From: an uncultured delta proteobacterium
GTDB taxonomy: Bacteria > Desulfobacterota > Desulfobacteria > Desulfobacterales > Desulfosalsimonadaceae
Assembly: GCA_963826785.1 (NCBI GenBank)
Contig: CAWGYD010000006.1
Coordinates: 96,001-160,000 of the forward strand
DNA length: 64,000 nucleotides
Direction: 5' to 3'
Position 1 is the stretch's first letter; each line of letters begins with the position of its first letter. Shown here one piece after another: positions 1 through 9,580 of the stretch. The notes under the pieces were generated by a model. That model made no database searches and was not told the DNA's origin. It was given only the letters and a program-made list of their open reading frames with translations. The position numbers and the translations under genes are program-made.

Positions 1-805
1 CCGGGCAGACCTTGGCGCATTCGCCGCAGGCGGTGCATTCCTTTTCCTCCACGTACCGGGCTTTCTTGAGGATCTTTACATCAAAATTGCCCACATATCC
101 CCTGATATCCACCACCTCACTCATGGTGAGGAGTTTGATCCGTGGATGCCGACCGGCATCCGTCATTTTCGGACCCAGGATTCAGATGGAGCAGTCCATG
201 GTGGGAAAGGTCTTGTCCAATTGGGCCATGACCCCGCCGATGGAGGGTTTTTTTTCCACCAGCACCACTTCGTAGCCGTTGTCTGCCAGGTCGAGTGCCG
301 CCTGGATGCCGGCAACCCCGCCCCCGATGACCAGGGTGCGCTTGGTGAGCGGCAGGGTTTCCTCGAACAGCGGGAACAGGCGATGGACCCGGGAAACAGA
401 CATGCGGACCAGGTCTTCGGCTTTTTTCGTGGCCGCATCCGGCTCCTTCAGGTGCACCCAGCTGCACTGCTCCCGCAGATTGGCCATCTCCAGCAGGTAG
501 GGGTTTAAGCCCGCGGACAGCATCATCTGCCGGAAAGTGGGCTCATGCAGGCGCGGCGAACAGGAGGCCACCACGATCCGGTCGAGGCCGTTTTCGAAGA
601 TGTCGTTCTTGATCTCCTGCTGCCCCGGCTCGGAACAGGCATAGGCGATGTCCTTGGACACCACCACCCCGTCCAGGGCCGCGGCGGTTTCGGCCACTTT
701 TTTGCAGTCCACCGTCTGGGCGATATTCAACCCGCAGTGGCAGACATACACGCCGATCCGGGCCGGCGGGGCGCTCTGCGTGTTGGGTAGAATCGATTCC
801 ATCAT
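1..805 (-). CDS. hdrA: Heterodisulfide reductase subunit A-like flavoprotein, selenocysteine-containing (partial, runs off left edge)
   Basis: IGVYVCHCG, VVASCSPRLHE, NLREQCSWVH, VIGGGVAG and QLDKTFPTMDCSI are HdrA motifs. The 'stop' at 182-184 is TGA, and the frame continues as U-ILGPKMTDAGRHPRIKLLTMSEVVDIRGYVGNFDVKILKKARYVEEKECTACGECAKVCP to the window edge. Confidence 0.93.
144..161 (-). promoter_or_regulatory. Putative bacterial SECIS hairpin for hdrA UGA recoding
   Basis: Minus strand GGATGCC-GGTC-GGCATCC: perfect 7-bp stem with G-initiated loop, starting 20 nt downstream of the in-frame UGA. Confidence 0.75.
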
Positions 806-873
806 GGTTCCCTTTTCTTGATTACTGTTTTATGATGATTCGCAAAAGGTCCAATATCTGCCGTTTTTTCTCA

Positions 874-903
874 TTGGACGCTCGATGTTCGGTGTTCGAC
901 GTT
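874..903. repeat. Degenerate 7-bp tandem repeat (TTCGAYG-like) x4, intergenic
   Basis: ttggacg ctcgatg ttcggtg ttcgacg tt. Confidence 0.6.
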
Positions 904-917
904 AATTCTTCATCTCT

Positions 918-2492
918 CTATGCCCAATAGATCGTTCTTGCGATCATGCTCACCAGGTCCATGGTCTCGATTTGGAGCTCCGGCCCGAAGAACGGATCCT
1001 CCATGGCGCATTTCAAATGGATCTGGCACTTGGGGCACGAAGTGATCATCAGGTCGCTTCCGGTGGCGCGGGCCTGTTTCAGGCGGCTGACCTGCAGCGC
1101 CTTGCTGTAGGCGTCGCACCCGGTCCAGCCGGTGTTGCCGCAGCAGATGGCCGCCCCGCTCCGGTCCTGCATTTCGGTAAAACCTTCCGGTTTCAGCCGA
1201 TTGATCAGGCCGCGGGAAAGATCCGGCCGATTCTCGAACCGGCTTAAGCGGCAGGAATCCTGGTAGGTCACCCGGCGTGCGTCCTCCTTGAAGGCCACGG
1301 CCCCTTTTCCGATCTCCATTTCCAGAAAATCATAGATGTGGGTGACCGTAAACGGCATATCCACCCCGGCGGCCGGATAATCCCGGGAAAGGGTATAATG
1401 GCATTCCGGGCAGGCCGTGATCACCTGCTCGATACCATGGTCCGCCAGCAGCTGCGCGTTGAGCGCCGCCAGCTTGATGAAGTTGTCCCGGTCCCCCGTC
1501 CACAGCAGATCGTGGCCGCAGCAGCGCTCCTGGTCCAGGACGGCCGGGAACACATCGAAAAAGTTGAGCAGCCGCAGACTGTCATGGAGGATATTCAAGG
1601 TCTTCACACCCAGCGTGCTGCTGAAATACGTATCATAGTAGGGCGCGCACCCGCCGAAAAACAGAATGCGGCTATCCGGGTCCGTACGGATATCCCCGGG
1701 CAGGTGATTGTATCGCTTAAGCTCCAGGCCGGGTTCGGTCATGGTCCGCATCAGGGAATGGAAGAAGCCCCCGTGGGACTGGTGGCCCTTCTCGCCGGTG
1801 GACTGGAGATAATGACGGATATCGCGCACAAATTCGGGGAAATTGACGGCCGAGGGACACCGGTCGTAGCAGAGACCGCAGGTGAGGCAGGCCCATATTC
1901 CATCCTGAACAGCCGGTGAATCGACCTTCCCGGCGATGATGGCATTGGCCAGGGCGCGCGGGGAGAACGGTTTTCCCGCCAGGGCCAGGGGGCAGGCGGA
2001 CGAGCATTTCCCGCAGTCCTGGCAGGCGTAGACATCATGCGCGGAAACAATGTCGGTGATCGGCCGTGGGCTTGTTTGTCCGTTTCTCGCCAGGGTTACC
2101 GGGCTGTGCCCCAGGCTGCGGATCTGTTCGCAGAAATTCTTCAAAAACTGCAGCAGGTCATCGGCCTCCTCCGGCAGAAAGGTAGCCAGCTGAAGACGCT
2201 GGTTGCTCAGACCCAGCAGCTCCAATATATCCCGGGTATCGTCCGTGTTGATCCGGGCCGTTTCCGTACCGCTGCCGTATCGGCAGGTTCCCGGTTTGCA
2301 CCCCACCAGCACGACGCCGTCCGCCCCCATTTCAAACGGTTTGAACAGCATGGATTTGCTGATCCGCCCGGTACAGGGGATCCGGATCATCCGGATTTCG
2401 GCGGGAATATCGGCACAGCGGTCCTGAAGCGTCTGAAACGCCGCATGGGGCCCCCAGTTGCAGAGATATAAGACGATGTTGTATTGATTCAT
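918..2492 (-). CDS. MvhD/FlpD-like [2Fe-2S] domain fused to HdrD-like (4Fe-4S dicluster + 2 CCG domains) oxidoreductase
   Basis: N-terminal LYLCNW..IRIPCTGRI..GADGVVLVGCKPGTCRY; CQDCGKCSSACP and CLTCGLCYDRCP; ERCCGH/TACPEC and AICCG/TSCPKC. Confidence 0.88.
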   Translation of the reverse strand: MNQYNIVLYLCNWGPHAAFQTLQDRCADIPAEIRMIRIPCTGRISKSMLFKPFEMGADGVVLVGCKPGTCRYGSGTETARINTDDTRDILELLGLSNQRLQLATFLPEEADDLLQFLKNFCEQIRSLGHSPVTLARNGQTSPRPITDIVSAHDVYACQDCGKCSSACPLALAGKPFSPRALANAIIAGKVDSPAVQDGIWACLTCGLCYDRCPSAVNFPEFVRDIRHYLQSTGEKGHQSHGGFFHSLMRTMTEPGLELKRYNHLPGDIRTDPDSRILFFGGCAPYYDTYFSSTLGVKTLNILHDSLRLLNFFDVFPAVLDQERCCGHDLLWTGDRDNFIKLAALNAQLLADHGIEQVITACPECHYTLSRDYPAAGVDMPFTVTHIYDFLEMEIGKGAVAFKEDARRVTYQDSCRLSRFENRPDLSRGLINRLKPEGFTEMQDRSGAAICCGNTGWTGCDAYSKALQVSRLKQARATGSDLMITSCPKCQIHLKCAMEDPFFGPELQIETMDLVSMIARTIYWA

Positions 2493-2541
2493 ATTGTAAT
2501 CTCTTCGACTCGTGTAATCAAAATGGATTCACTATACATAT

Positions 2542-5500
2542 CTACGATTCGATCAATCCTGAATCCGAGGGCGCCTTCGGACATGCCCCCTCCCCTTTCA
2601 CCCCGGAAAGCAGTTCCGCCAGGGTCTGTTCCAGCACGGCCTGGTTGCGGTAGGGGCTTTCGGCTGCGCCGGACGGGCATACGGAGATGCAGTTGCCGCA
2701 TCCCTTGCAGAGGGCTTCGTCCACTGCGGCATACCAGCCATTGATGTCATTTGCCTTAAAGGAAACCGCATGGTACGGGCAGACCCGCATGCAGCGGCCG
2801 CACCCCCGGCATATATCCGGATCCACGACCACGGTGTATCCCTTGTTCTGGCGGGGCCCGCGGGGCATGACGGCGGCGGCCTGGATGGCGGCGGCATATC
2901 CTTTTTTCCGTTTTGAGATGGCGATGTTCGGCGGATCGGCCAGAAACAGGCCGGGAATGGCCGTCGCCCCCGGATAGAAAAACGGGATGCCGGTCACCCC
3001 CGCGGTCTGTTCGCGGGTGGTCACGGTAATGGCCGGCAGGCCTTTTTGATGAATGTACTCGATGGTCTTTCTCGATTTTTCCCCCAGGATCACCGCCCCC
3101 ACCTGCAGGGTTTGATGGAAGCCGCCCGACTCGAACATGATTTCAAACTCGCCGATGGTGCCGCTGATGCTTTTCACCCGGGCGCCGGCAAAATGGTGGA
3201 TGTTGGGATGGGGAGCAACCCGATCGTCTGCCGAAAACAGGAATACATCCAGCCCCGCATCCGCCAGGGCCTGCCCGCTGGTCCGGGCCGATTCGGAATC
3301 CCCGATGACCGCGGTGGCGAAGTTGTAGTTGCGGGCCAGCGCGGGAAGGGCCTTCAATCGCCGGGCCCGGACCATGGACCGGTCGATCAGGCCGGTGAAT
3401 TTTTTCAGCGCCGCCTGCGGGTCCGATCCCACCAGACGAAGGACCTCCCCCCGCAGGTTGCAGGTTTCCACCATGGACCGGCTCACCCCGGTGGCCGTGA
3501 ACAGGGCCTGCTTGAGCCGGCTTTTCTGGTCCGTGCAGGAGTTGCAGACGTAATTCAGGGGGCAGCAGACGCAGGACGCCAGCACCACCCGGGTAATCCC
3601 CTTGTTTCGGATGGCACGGAGAATGAGCGATGCGCCTTCGGCCGTGCACGCGGCGGTGATGGTTTGCACGTGCACCACATCCGGCCGGTGTCCCATGGAT
3701 TCGATGTAGTCGTCCATTTCGGGCATCCAGCCCATGGAATCGTTGCACCGGCAGGCGAATACGCCCAGGCGGATGACCGGTGAAAGTCCCTGGTCCGGCA
3801 TGAGAAACGACAGGCCGTGCCCCTTGGTCCGGTTGGACTTGCGCCGGTCGAGCATCAGCAGGGCCCGGGCCGCGGCATCGAATCCTCGCACGAACATGGC
3901 CGAAACATCGGTGTCATCGGCTTTGCGGCCGTAGGCCCGGATGACGTCCTCCCCCTTGATGGAGGAAGCCACGGCGGGATCGGCGATAATGATGATGCCG
4001 GCATGCTCGATGCTTTCCGCTTGCCTGTCGGCATGGTTGACGGCGCCGATGGCGGCGCAGGCCGTCTCGCATTCCAGACATTCCGAGCAGACGCCGCACT
4101 GGAGGCACCGGCCGGATTCGGCTGCTGCCTGGTCTGCGGAAAAACCGGAAGCCACCTCGGCAAATCCCGTTCTTCGCTCCTCCAGGGCACACTCCGGCAT
4201 ATTGGTGCGGCCGCAGCGGGCAAGATCGGCCGGTATGTCTGCAAAATTTCTGGACTGCGGCCGAACGGGCGATCGGTCGGCAAAAATGTCGTCACCGGCA
4301 TTCAACGCCTTCTTGCAAAGATCCCGGTGCACCGACCGGGCCGCCGCCTTTCCCGAGGCCATGGCGTCCACCACCGATCTGGGGCCGGACACCGCATCAC
4401 CCGCCGCATACACGCCGGAAATGGCGGCATGCAGGTACTCGTCCGTGCCGATGGTCCCCTTGGGGGTGACGTCAAAAGGAAGCGCGGCCTCACGCCCGGA
4501 AAATTCTCCCTGCTGGCCGATGGCCACGAAGGCATGGTCGAAGGCCAGTTCAAAAGGTTTTTCGCCGGGCACCGACACGGGCCAGGCGATCCCGTTTTCA
4601 TCTTCAGGACCGGGTTGGGTGGGCATGCAGCGAAGCGCCTGCAAACGGCCGTTGGAGGACATGAATTCGATTACCCGGGTGCGATCGATGATGCGGATGC
4701 CTTCCGCCCGGGCCGCCTCCACCTCCAGGGCGTCGGCCGGGATCATCGATTCCGGAAACCAGGACACCAGGGTGACCTCCGCGCCGATGCGAGACAGGGT
4801 GCGGGCGAGATCGAAGGCCGCGTTCCCGTCCCCGATGACCGCCGCCTTTCCATCCAGGGTCTTTTTTTCATCCCGGAAAAATTCACACAGAAACGACAGG
4901 CACCCGTGCACCCCTTCGGCATTCTCGCCGGGAACGCCGAGCTTCCGGTCCTTCCAGGTGCCGGTGGAGACGATGACGGCGTCAAATTCAGTTTTCAGCG
5001 TTTCCAGGCCGCTGGAAAGATCCACCGGATGGCCGGTCGTAAATGTCACCCCGAGATTTTCGATGTATTGAAGTTCCCGGTCCAGGATATCCCGGGGGAG
5101 CCGGTGGGGGCCGATGCCGTAGCGGAGCAGTCCGCCGGCTTCCTTCTCCTTTTCAAAGACGGTCACCGGATAACCGTACCGCGCCAGTTGCGCTGCTGCG
5201 GCCAGACCGGAGGGGCCGGAGCCGACCACGGCAATTTTTTCCTCTTTTGGGGGCGTCTTTAGCGGTGCGGGGAAAGGTTGCCCCGCCTCATGGTCCGCCA
5301 CGAACCGCTTGATGTCCCGGATAGCCACGGGTGCATCCACCTCGCCCCGCCGGCAGGCGGCTTCGCAGGGATGGGTGCAGATGCGGCCGCAGATGGAGGG
5401 GAGCACATTTTCCCTCCGGATCAGCTCCAGTGCCTGGGCATAGCGACCGGCCCGGGTCAGGGCGACGTAGCCCTGGGCATTGACCCCCAACGGACAGTTT

Positions 5501-5967
5501 TCCTGGCACAGGGGACGCTGTCGCTTGTCGATCATGACGCGGCCGGGCAGGCTCTGGCGGCCGTTGAATTTTACCGCCTTTTCCCCCTGCCCGGTTTCCA
5601 CCGGGCAGACGTCGGCACACTTGCCGCACAGAATACATTTCTCCGGATCCACGTACGAGGCGGCCGCCTTCAGGCTGACCCGAAAACCCTGGGGGCTGTG
5701 CTTGATGGAATTGATTTCGGCAGGCAGAATATACTTGATGCCCGGATTGCGCAGAATCCGGATCAGGCCGGGGCGGTGCGCGTAATTGAATGCAAGCCCG
5801 GACTGCAGCCGCCATCCGTTTCGGGAAAGCTTCTGGTCCAGATCGGCATCGGCATCCACCAGGGTCACGGGAATACCCAGTTCCCCCAGTTTGTTGGTGG
5901 CGGCGATTCCCGCCGGGGTGGCACCGATGACCATCACCCGGTGCAAACGATCTTTCAGGTGTTTCAT
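2542..5967 (-). CDS. Large FAD/Fe-S oxidoreductase: HdrA-like scaffold with GltD/NfnB-like NAD(P)H module (HdrL-like)
   Basis: CILCGKCADVCP; CQENCPLG..CGRICTHPCEAAC; AVVGSGPSG; GGLLRYGI; VIGDGNAAFD; YAAGDAVSGP; GVFACRC; two C-terminal CxxCxxCxxxCP motifs. Confidence 0.88.
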   Translation of the reverse strand: MKHLKDRLHRVMVIGATPAGIAATNKLGELGIPVTLVDADADLDQKLSRNGWRLQSGLAFNYAHRPGLIRILRNPGIKYILPAEINSIKHSPQGFRVSLKAAASYVDPEKCILCGKCADVCPVETGQGEKAVKFNGRQSLPGRVMIDKRQRPLCQENCPLGVNAQGYVALTRAGRYAQALELIRRENVLPSICGRICTHPCEAACRRGEVDAPVAIRDIKRFVADHEAGQPFPAPLKTPPKEEKIAVVGSGPSGLAAAAQLARYGYPVTVFEKEKEAGGLLRYGIGPHRLPRDILDRELQYIENLGVTFTTGHPVDLSSGLETLKTEFDAVIVSTGTWKDRKLGVPGENAEGVHGCLSFLCEFFRDEKKTLDGKAAVIGDGNAAFDLARTLSRIGAEVTLVSWFPESMIPADALEVEAARAEGIRIIDRTRVIEFMSSNGRLQALRCMPTQPGPEDENGIAWPVSVPGEKPFELAFDHAFVAIGQQGEFSGREAALPFDVTPKGTIGTDEYLHAAISGVYAAGDAVSGPRSVVDAMASGKAAARSVHRDLCKKALNAGDDIFADRSPVRPQSRNFADIPADLARCGRTNMPECALEERRTGFAEVASGFSADQAAAESGRCLQCGVCSECLECETACAAIGAVNHADRQAESIEHAGIIIIADPAVASSIKGEDVIRAYGRKADDTDVSAMFVRGFDAAARALLMLDRRKSNRTKGHGLSFLMPDQGLSPVIRLGVFACRCNDSMGWMPEMDDYIESMGHRPDVVHVQTITAACTAEGASLILRAIRNKGITRVVLASCVCCPLNYVCNSCTDQKSRLKQALFTATGVSRSMVETCNLRGEVLRLVGSDPQAALKKFTGLIDRSMVRARRLKALPALARNYNFATAVIGDSESARTSGQALADAGLDVFLFSADDRVAPHPNIHHFAGARVKSISGTIGEFEIMFESGGFHQTLQVGAVILGEKSRKTIEYIHQKGLPAITVTTREQTAGVTGIPFFYPGATAIPGLFLADPPNIAISKRKKGYAAAIQAAAVMPRGPRQNKGYTVVVDPDICRGCGRCMRVCPYHAVSFKANDINGWYAAVDEALCKGCGNCISVCPSGAAESPYRNQAVLEQTLAELLSGVKGEGACPKAPSDSGLIES

Positions 5968-6566
5968 GCAATGGCTCCTGTTTTTCCTGCGGCTTTTTTC
6001 TCCCGCCCCTTGAGCTGCGCCAGGCCGAAATCATATCCTTTGGTGAAGGCCTGGGTGTTTTTCTCCTCGGTTCCCTTGGGCACGGATTTGACCACCGTTT
6101 CCCGGGCGGCCTCCAGGGAGATCTGCCGGGTGATGGCCGTGAAAAATCCGATCATGATGATGTTGGCCATCATTTTCCGGCCAAGCTCTTCGGCCAGGCG
6201 GGTGGCGGGAATGGCGAAGGTGTCGTTCCTGACTTTACCCGGCGACACCAGGTCCTGGTCGATCAGCAAAAGGCTTTCGGGCTTGATCTGTCCGATGTAT
6301 TTTTCGAACCCGGACTGGGACATGCAGACCAGGATGTCGGGCCGCATGATATACGGATAGTGGATGATCGCATCGGAGATGACGACCTGGGCGCTGCAGG
6401 CCCCGCCCCGGGACTCGGGTCCGTAGGACTGCACCAGTGTGCTTTCCCGGTGATCCCCGATGGCCGCCGCCTCTCCCAGAATTTTTCCGGCCAGAACGAT
6501 CCCCTGGCCCCCGAACCCGGTGATGATCACCTCGGTCTTGTTTACGGTTGTCTGAATATCCGGCAT
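5964..6566 (-). CDS. korC: 2-oxoacid:ferredoxin oxidoreductase gamma subunit
   Basis: GFGGQGIVLAG and QSYGPESRGG; overlaps next gene by 4 nt. Confidence 0.93.
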   Translation of the reverse strand: MPDIQTTVNKTEVIITGFGGQGIVLAGKILGEAAAIGDHRESTLVQSYGPESRGGACSAQVVISDAIIHYPYIMRPDILVCMSQSGFEKYIGQIKPESLLLIDQDLVSPGKVRNDTFAIPATRLAEELGRKMMANIIMIGFFTAITRQISLEAARETVVKSVPKGTEEKNTQAFTKGYDFGLAQLKGREKKAAGKTGAIA

Positions 6567-6621
6567 GAGTTCAACCTGTTTTGTCGTCTTCAGTTTAGTC
6601 GTTTATCTGCCTGAACTGCCA

Positions 6622-6740
6622 ACATCCCCCTTTAATTCCCCCATCAAGGGGGATTGGTTCAGATCCTTTTCCTCCAAATTTCAACTTCAGAGGGACTGAG
6701 GGATCTTTAATCCCCCCTTGAGGGGGGCGAAGGGGGGTGT
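6622..6740. repeat. Inverted pair of REP-like C/G-rich palindromic elements between korB and korC
   Basis: 6622-6655 acatccccctttaattcccccatcaagggggatt and 6709-6740 aatccccccttgaggggggcgaaggggggtgt; near-identical elements at 56922-57190 and 58809-58839. Confidence 0.8.
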
Positions 6741-6753
6741 CTCCCGCCTCCTT

Positions 6754-7602
6754 CTACACCAGCCGGCAGGTCTTGTCGTAATTTTCGATGCATGTGGGCC
6801 GCTGGGTGTCAACGAACTTGCCCAGGATGATGCCCTTTTTGAAATCGATCTCCGAATCCGCCGGGTGGGCATTGTTCTTGATGATGCTTTTGTCCTGGTA
6901 GAGCTTCAGGGTATCGATGGATTTCTCCTTGTTGCGCCGGCCGTAGTTGATGGGGCAGGGGGAAAGCACCTCGATGAAGGAAAACCCCTTTTTCCCCAGC
7001 GCCTCCTGGATGGACAGGGTCAGGTCCCGGGCGTGCAGGATGGTCCACCGGGCCACGTAGGTGGCGCCGGAGGCATAGGCCATCAGCGGCAGGTTGAAGG
7101 GGGCTTCCGGGTTTCCCGTCGGCGTGGTGGTGGTCTTTGCTTTAAACGGCGTGGTGGCCGCGGCCTGTCCGCCGGTCATGCCGTAGTTCAGGTTGTTTAC
7201 GCAGATCACCGTCAGGTCCATGTTCCGGCGGGCCGCGTGGATGAAATGATTGCCGCCGATGGCGAACAGGTCGCCGTCGCCGGAAAACACGATGACGTTG
7301 AGTTCCGGGTTGGCCAGCTTCAGCCCGGTGGCGAAGGGTATGGCCCGGCCGTGAGTCGTATGGAATGAATCCAGGTTGATATACCCGGCGGCGCGGCCCG
7401 AGCAGCCGATCCCCGATACCATGGCCACCTTGTCCAGATCCACGATGGTGCTCTTGATGGCGGTGAGGCAGGCGGAAAATGCCGTTCCGGTTCCGCAGCC
7501 CGGGCACCAGATATGGGGAATGCGGTCCGTGCGCAGCAGATCATCCAGCGGATGATGATTGTCCGGCAGCATGTCAGCCGCTTTTTTGGGTTTTCCGGTC
7601 AT
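6754..7602 (-). CDS. korB: 2-oxoacid:ferredoxin oxidoreductase beta (TPP-binding) subunit
   Basis: WCPGCG, SGIGCS, HTTHGRA, GDGD..NN, YGMTGGQ, EVLSPCP. Confidence 0.95.
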   Translation of the reverse strand: MTGKPKKAADMLPDNHHPLDDLLRTDRIPHIWCPGCGTGTAFSACLTAIKSTIVDLDKVAMVSGIGCSGRAAGYINLDSFHTTHGRAIPFATGLKLANPELNVIVFSGDGDLFAIGGNHFIHAARRNMDLTVICVNNLNYGMTGGQAAATTPFKAKTTTTPTGNPEAPFNLPLMAYASGATYVARWTILHARDLTLSIQEALGKKGFSFIEVLSPCPINYGRRNKEKSIDTLKLYQDKSIIKNNAHPADSEIDFKKGIILGKFVDTQRPTCIENYDKTCRLV

Positions 7603-7603
7603 G

Positions 7604-8749
7604 TTAAAACGCCTCCTTCAACATCGAAATGACCTGTTCCGGAGAAATGATGGTCCCGCCGGTGTGCCCCACCAGGTAAGCCGGGGCCTTCCCGCCGGCG
7701 CACCGCTGGACCTCCAGGTGGATCTGGCCCAGGTTGATTTCCACCGTGACAAACCCCTTCACCTTTTCGGCCAGCTCCCGGATCTTTTGCTCCGGAAACG
7801 GCCAGACCGTGATCAGCCGCAGCAGGCCTGCCTTGATCCCCATTTTCCGGGCCTCATCCACCGCCGCCAGACTGGTGCGGGAGGATACCCCATAGGAGAC
7901 CACGACGATTTCGGCATCATCCAGCAGATAGCCTTCCGTTATGATGATGTCATCGAGATTTTTCAGAATCTTCCCGGTGATCCGCTCCATCATTTCGGCC
8001 TGGGCATCCACGGTCATGGCGGGATATCCCTTCTCGTCATGGGTCAGTCCGGTGATATGGATGTGATAACCCTGCCCGGCCACCGCCATGGGGGCCACTC
8101 CATTGGGTCCGGGGGTATACGGCTTGTAGCGATCCTTGCGGCCCTTGGGGCCGGGCCGGGAAACCAGGCGGATCGCACTGGCTTCCGGGATCACCACCTT
8201 CTCGCTCATGTGCCCCACGATCTCATCGGCCATGATCAACACCGGCAGCCGGTAGGTTTCGCTCAGGTTGAATGCGGTAATCGTCTGGTAAAAGGCTTCC
8301 TGTGGAGAAGCCGGGGCCAGGGCGATGATCTCGTAATGCCCGTGTGATCCCCACCGGGCCTGCATCATGTCCGCCTGGGCGCCCATGGTGGGCAGCCCGG
8401 TGGATGGCCCGCCCCGCTGGACATTGGCCACCACGCAGGGGGTTTCGGTGACGATCCCCAGCCCGATATTCTCCATCATCAGGGAAAAACCCGGGCCGGA
8501 GGTGGCGGTCATGCTCTTCACCCCTCCCCAGGAGGCGCCCAGGATGGAGGCCATGGCGGCGATTTCATCTTCCATCTGGATGAACGTTCCGCCGATGCGG
8601 GGCAGCCGGGCCGCCATGCGCTCGGCGATTTCCGTGGCCGGGGTGATGGGGTATCCCCCGAAAAACCGGCATCCGGCTGCAAGCGCCCCCTCGGCACAGG
8701 CCTCGTCGCCCGTCATGAAGTGTTCGCCCGTTAAAACCGCTGGTTTCAT
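7604..8749 (-). CDS. korA: 2-oxoacid:ferredoxin oxidoreductase alpha subunit
   Basis: GYPITPATEIAE, QMEDE, ATSGPGFSLMME, QRGGPSTGLPT; ATG at 8749 after GAGG. Confidence 0.95.
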   Translation of the reverse strand: MKPAVLTGEHFMTGDEACAEGALAAGCRFFGGYPITPATEIAERMAARLPRIGGTFIQMEDEIAAMASILGASWGGVKSMTATSGPGFSLMMENIGLGIVTETPCVVANVQRGGPSTGLPTMGAQADMMQARWGSHGHYEIIALAPASPQEAFYQTITAFNLSETYRLPVLIMADEIVGHMSEKVVIPEASAIRLVSRPGPKGRKDRYKPYTPGPNGVAPMAVAGQGYHIHITGLTHDEKGYPAMTVDAQAEMMERITGKILKNLDDIIITEGYLLDDAEIVVVSYGVSSRTSLAAVDEARKMGIKAGLLRLITVWPFPEQKIRELAEKVKGFVTVEINLGQIHLEVQRCAGGKAPAYLVGHTGGTIISPEQVISMLKEAF

Positions 8750-8842
8750 ATTTCCTCGTTGCAACTTCTCATGTGATTATCATCTCTCGTGCCGGATGTG
8801 CCCGCGTCAATTTCGCTTCCGTTCACGTTTTGTCAAACCGCT

Positions 8843-9124
8843 TCAGCCGGCTGTTTCCTGAACTGCCGGATCCGCTTCGACGGAGTACACCGCAAACTCC
8901 GGGCATATGTTTTCGCAGTAGTGGCAGTTCACGCAATCGTCTGATTTGACCATCTCCGGCGGATGATACCCTTTTTTATTAAACTTCTTTGAAAACGCCA
9001 GGACCTGCCGGGGGCAGTATTCAATGCAGTAACCGCACCCTTTGCAACGATCCTCCAGGATGTGTACGACTCCCCGGACGATCTCGATATCTTGCGCATC
9101 TAATGGAATTCGCCAAAACGCCAT
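8843..9124 (-). CDS. korD: 2-oxoacid:ferredoxin oxidoreductase delta (2x[4Fe-4S]) subunit
   Basis: CKGCGYCIEYCP, FNKKGYHPP, CVNCHYCENICPEFA; first gene of the cluster. Confidence 0.92.
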   Translation of the reverse strand: MAFWRIPLDAQDIEIVRGVVHILEDRCKGCGYCIEYCPRQVLAFSKKFNKKGYHPPEMVKSDDCVNCHYCENICPEFAVYSVEADPAVQETAG

Positions 9125-9580
9125 ATCATTTTTCCGCCTGCAAATAGGATTTTGTGGTCAATGATTCCAGCCCTTCGCGGACCGGAAGATGGGGACTGGA
9201 TTTGCCTCAATCCCGCACTCCCCCGGGGGTTCGAAGCGCAATTCCCGCGAAAATGCAAAATGGGGGCTGTCCACGAATTTTAAGTTCTTTTTCCGCAACA
9301 TCTCCCAGCGGGCAGAACGCTTTTCACATGCCATCGGGATTGCTGAAAAAAGATTAATATTATCCTCAACGTCAAGATGTAATCAAGTGATATTTTGGCA
9401 CCAGGTGATAAATTCTGGCTTACCCCCTTAAATTTTGCCGGGGTTTCGATGTGCATTTCGCCGGCCGGGAGAAACTTTCACTGTTCTGCCGCCCGATACG
9501 CACTTTTTTTCGTCTGTGAAATCAGCATTATGAGATAAGGCTCAAAAAAAATTGGATACCATATGATTTTCAGGCTGGTT

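Noticed and set aside
182..184. hdrA as a nonsense pseudogene
   Set aside because: The TGA falls on a conserved Cys position, the frame stays open and conserved, and a SECIS-like hairpin follows.
2440..2470. Selenocysteine in the MvhD-like domain
   Set aside because: The position after CNW is Gly (GGG), not TGA.
3817..6360. Long plus-strand ORFs (481, 376 and 360 aa) opposite the Hdr-like gene
   Set aside because: Antisense shadows with no recognisable domains. The same applies to ORFs such as 27895-28959, 29385-30356 and 32782-33768.
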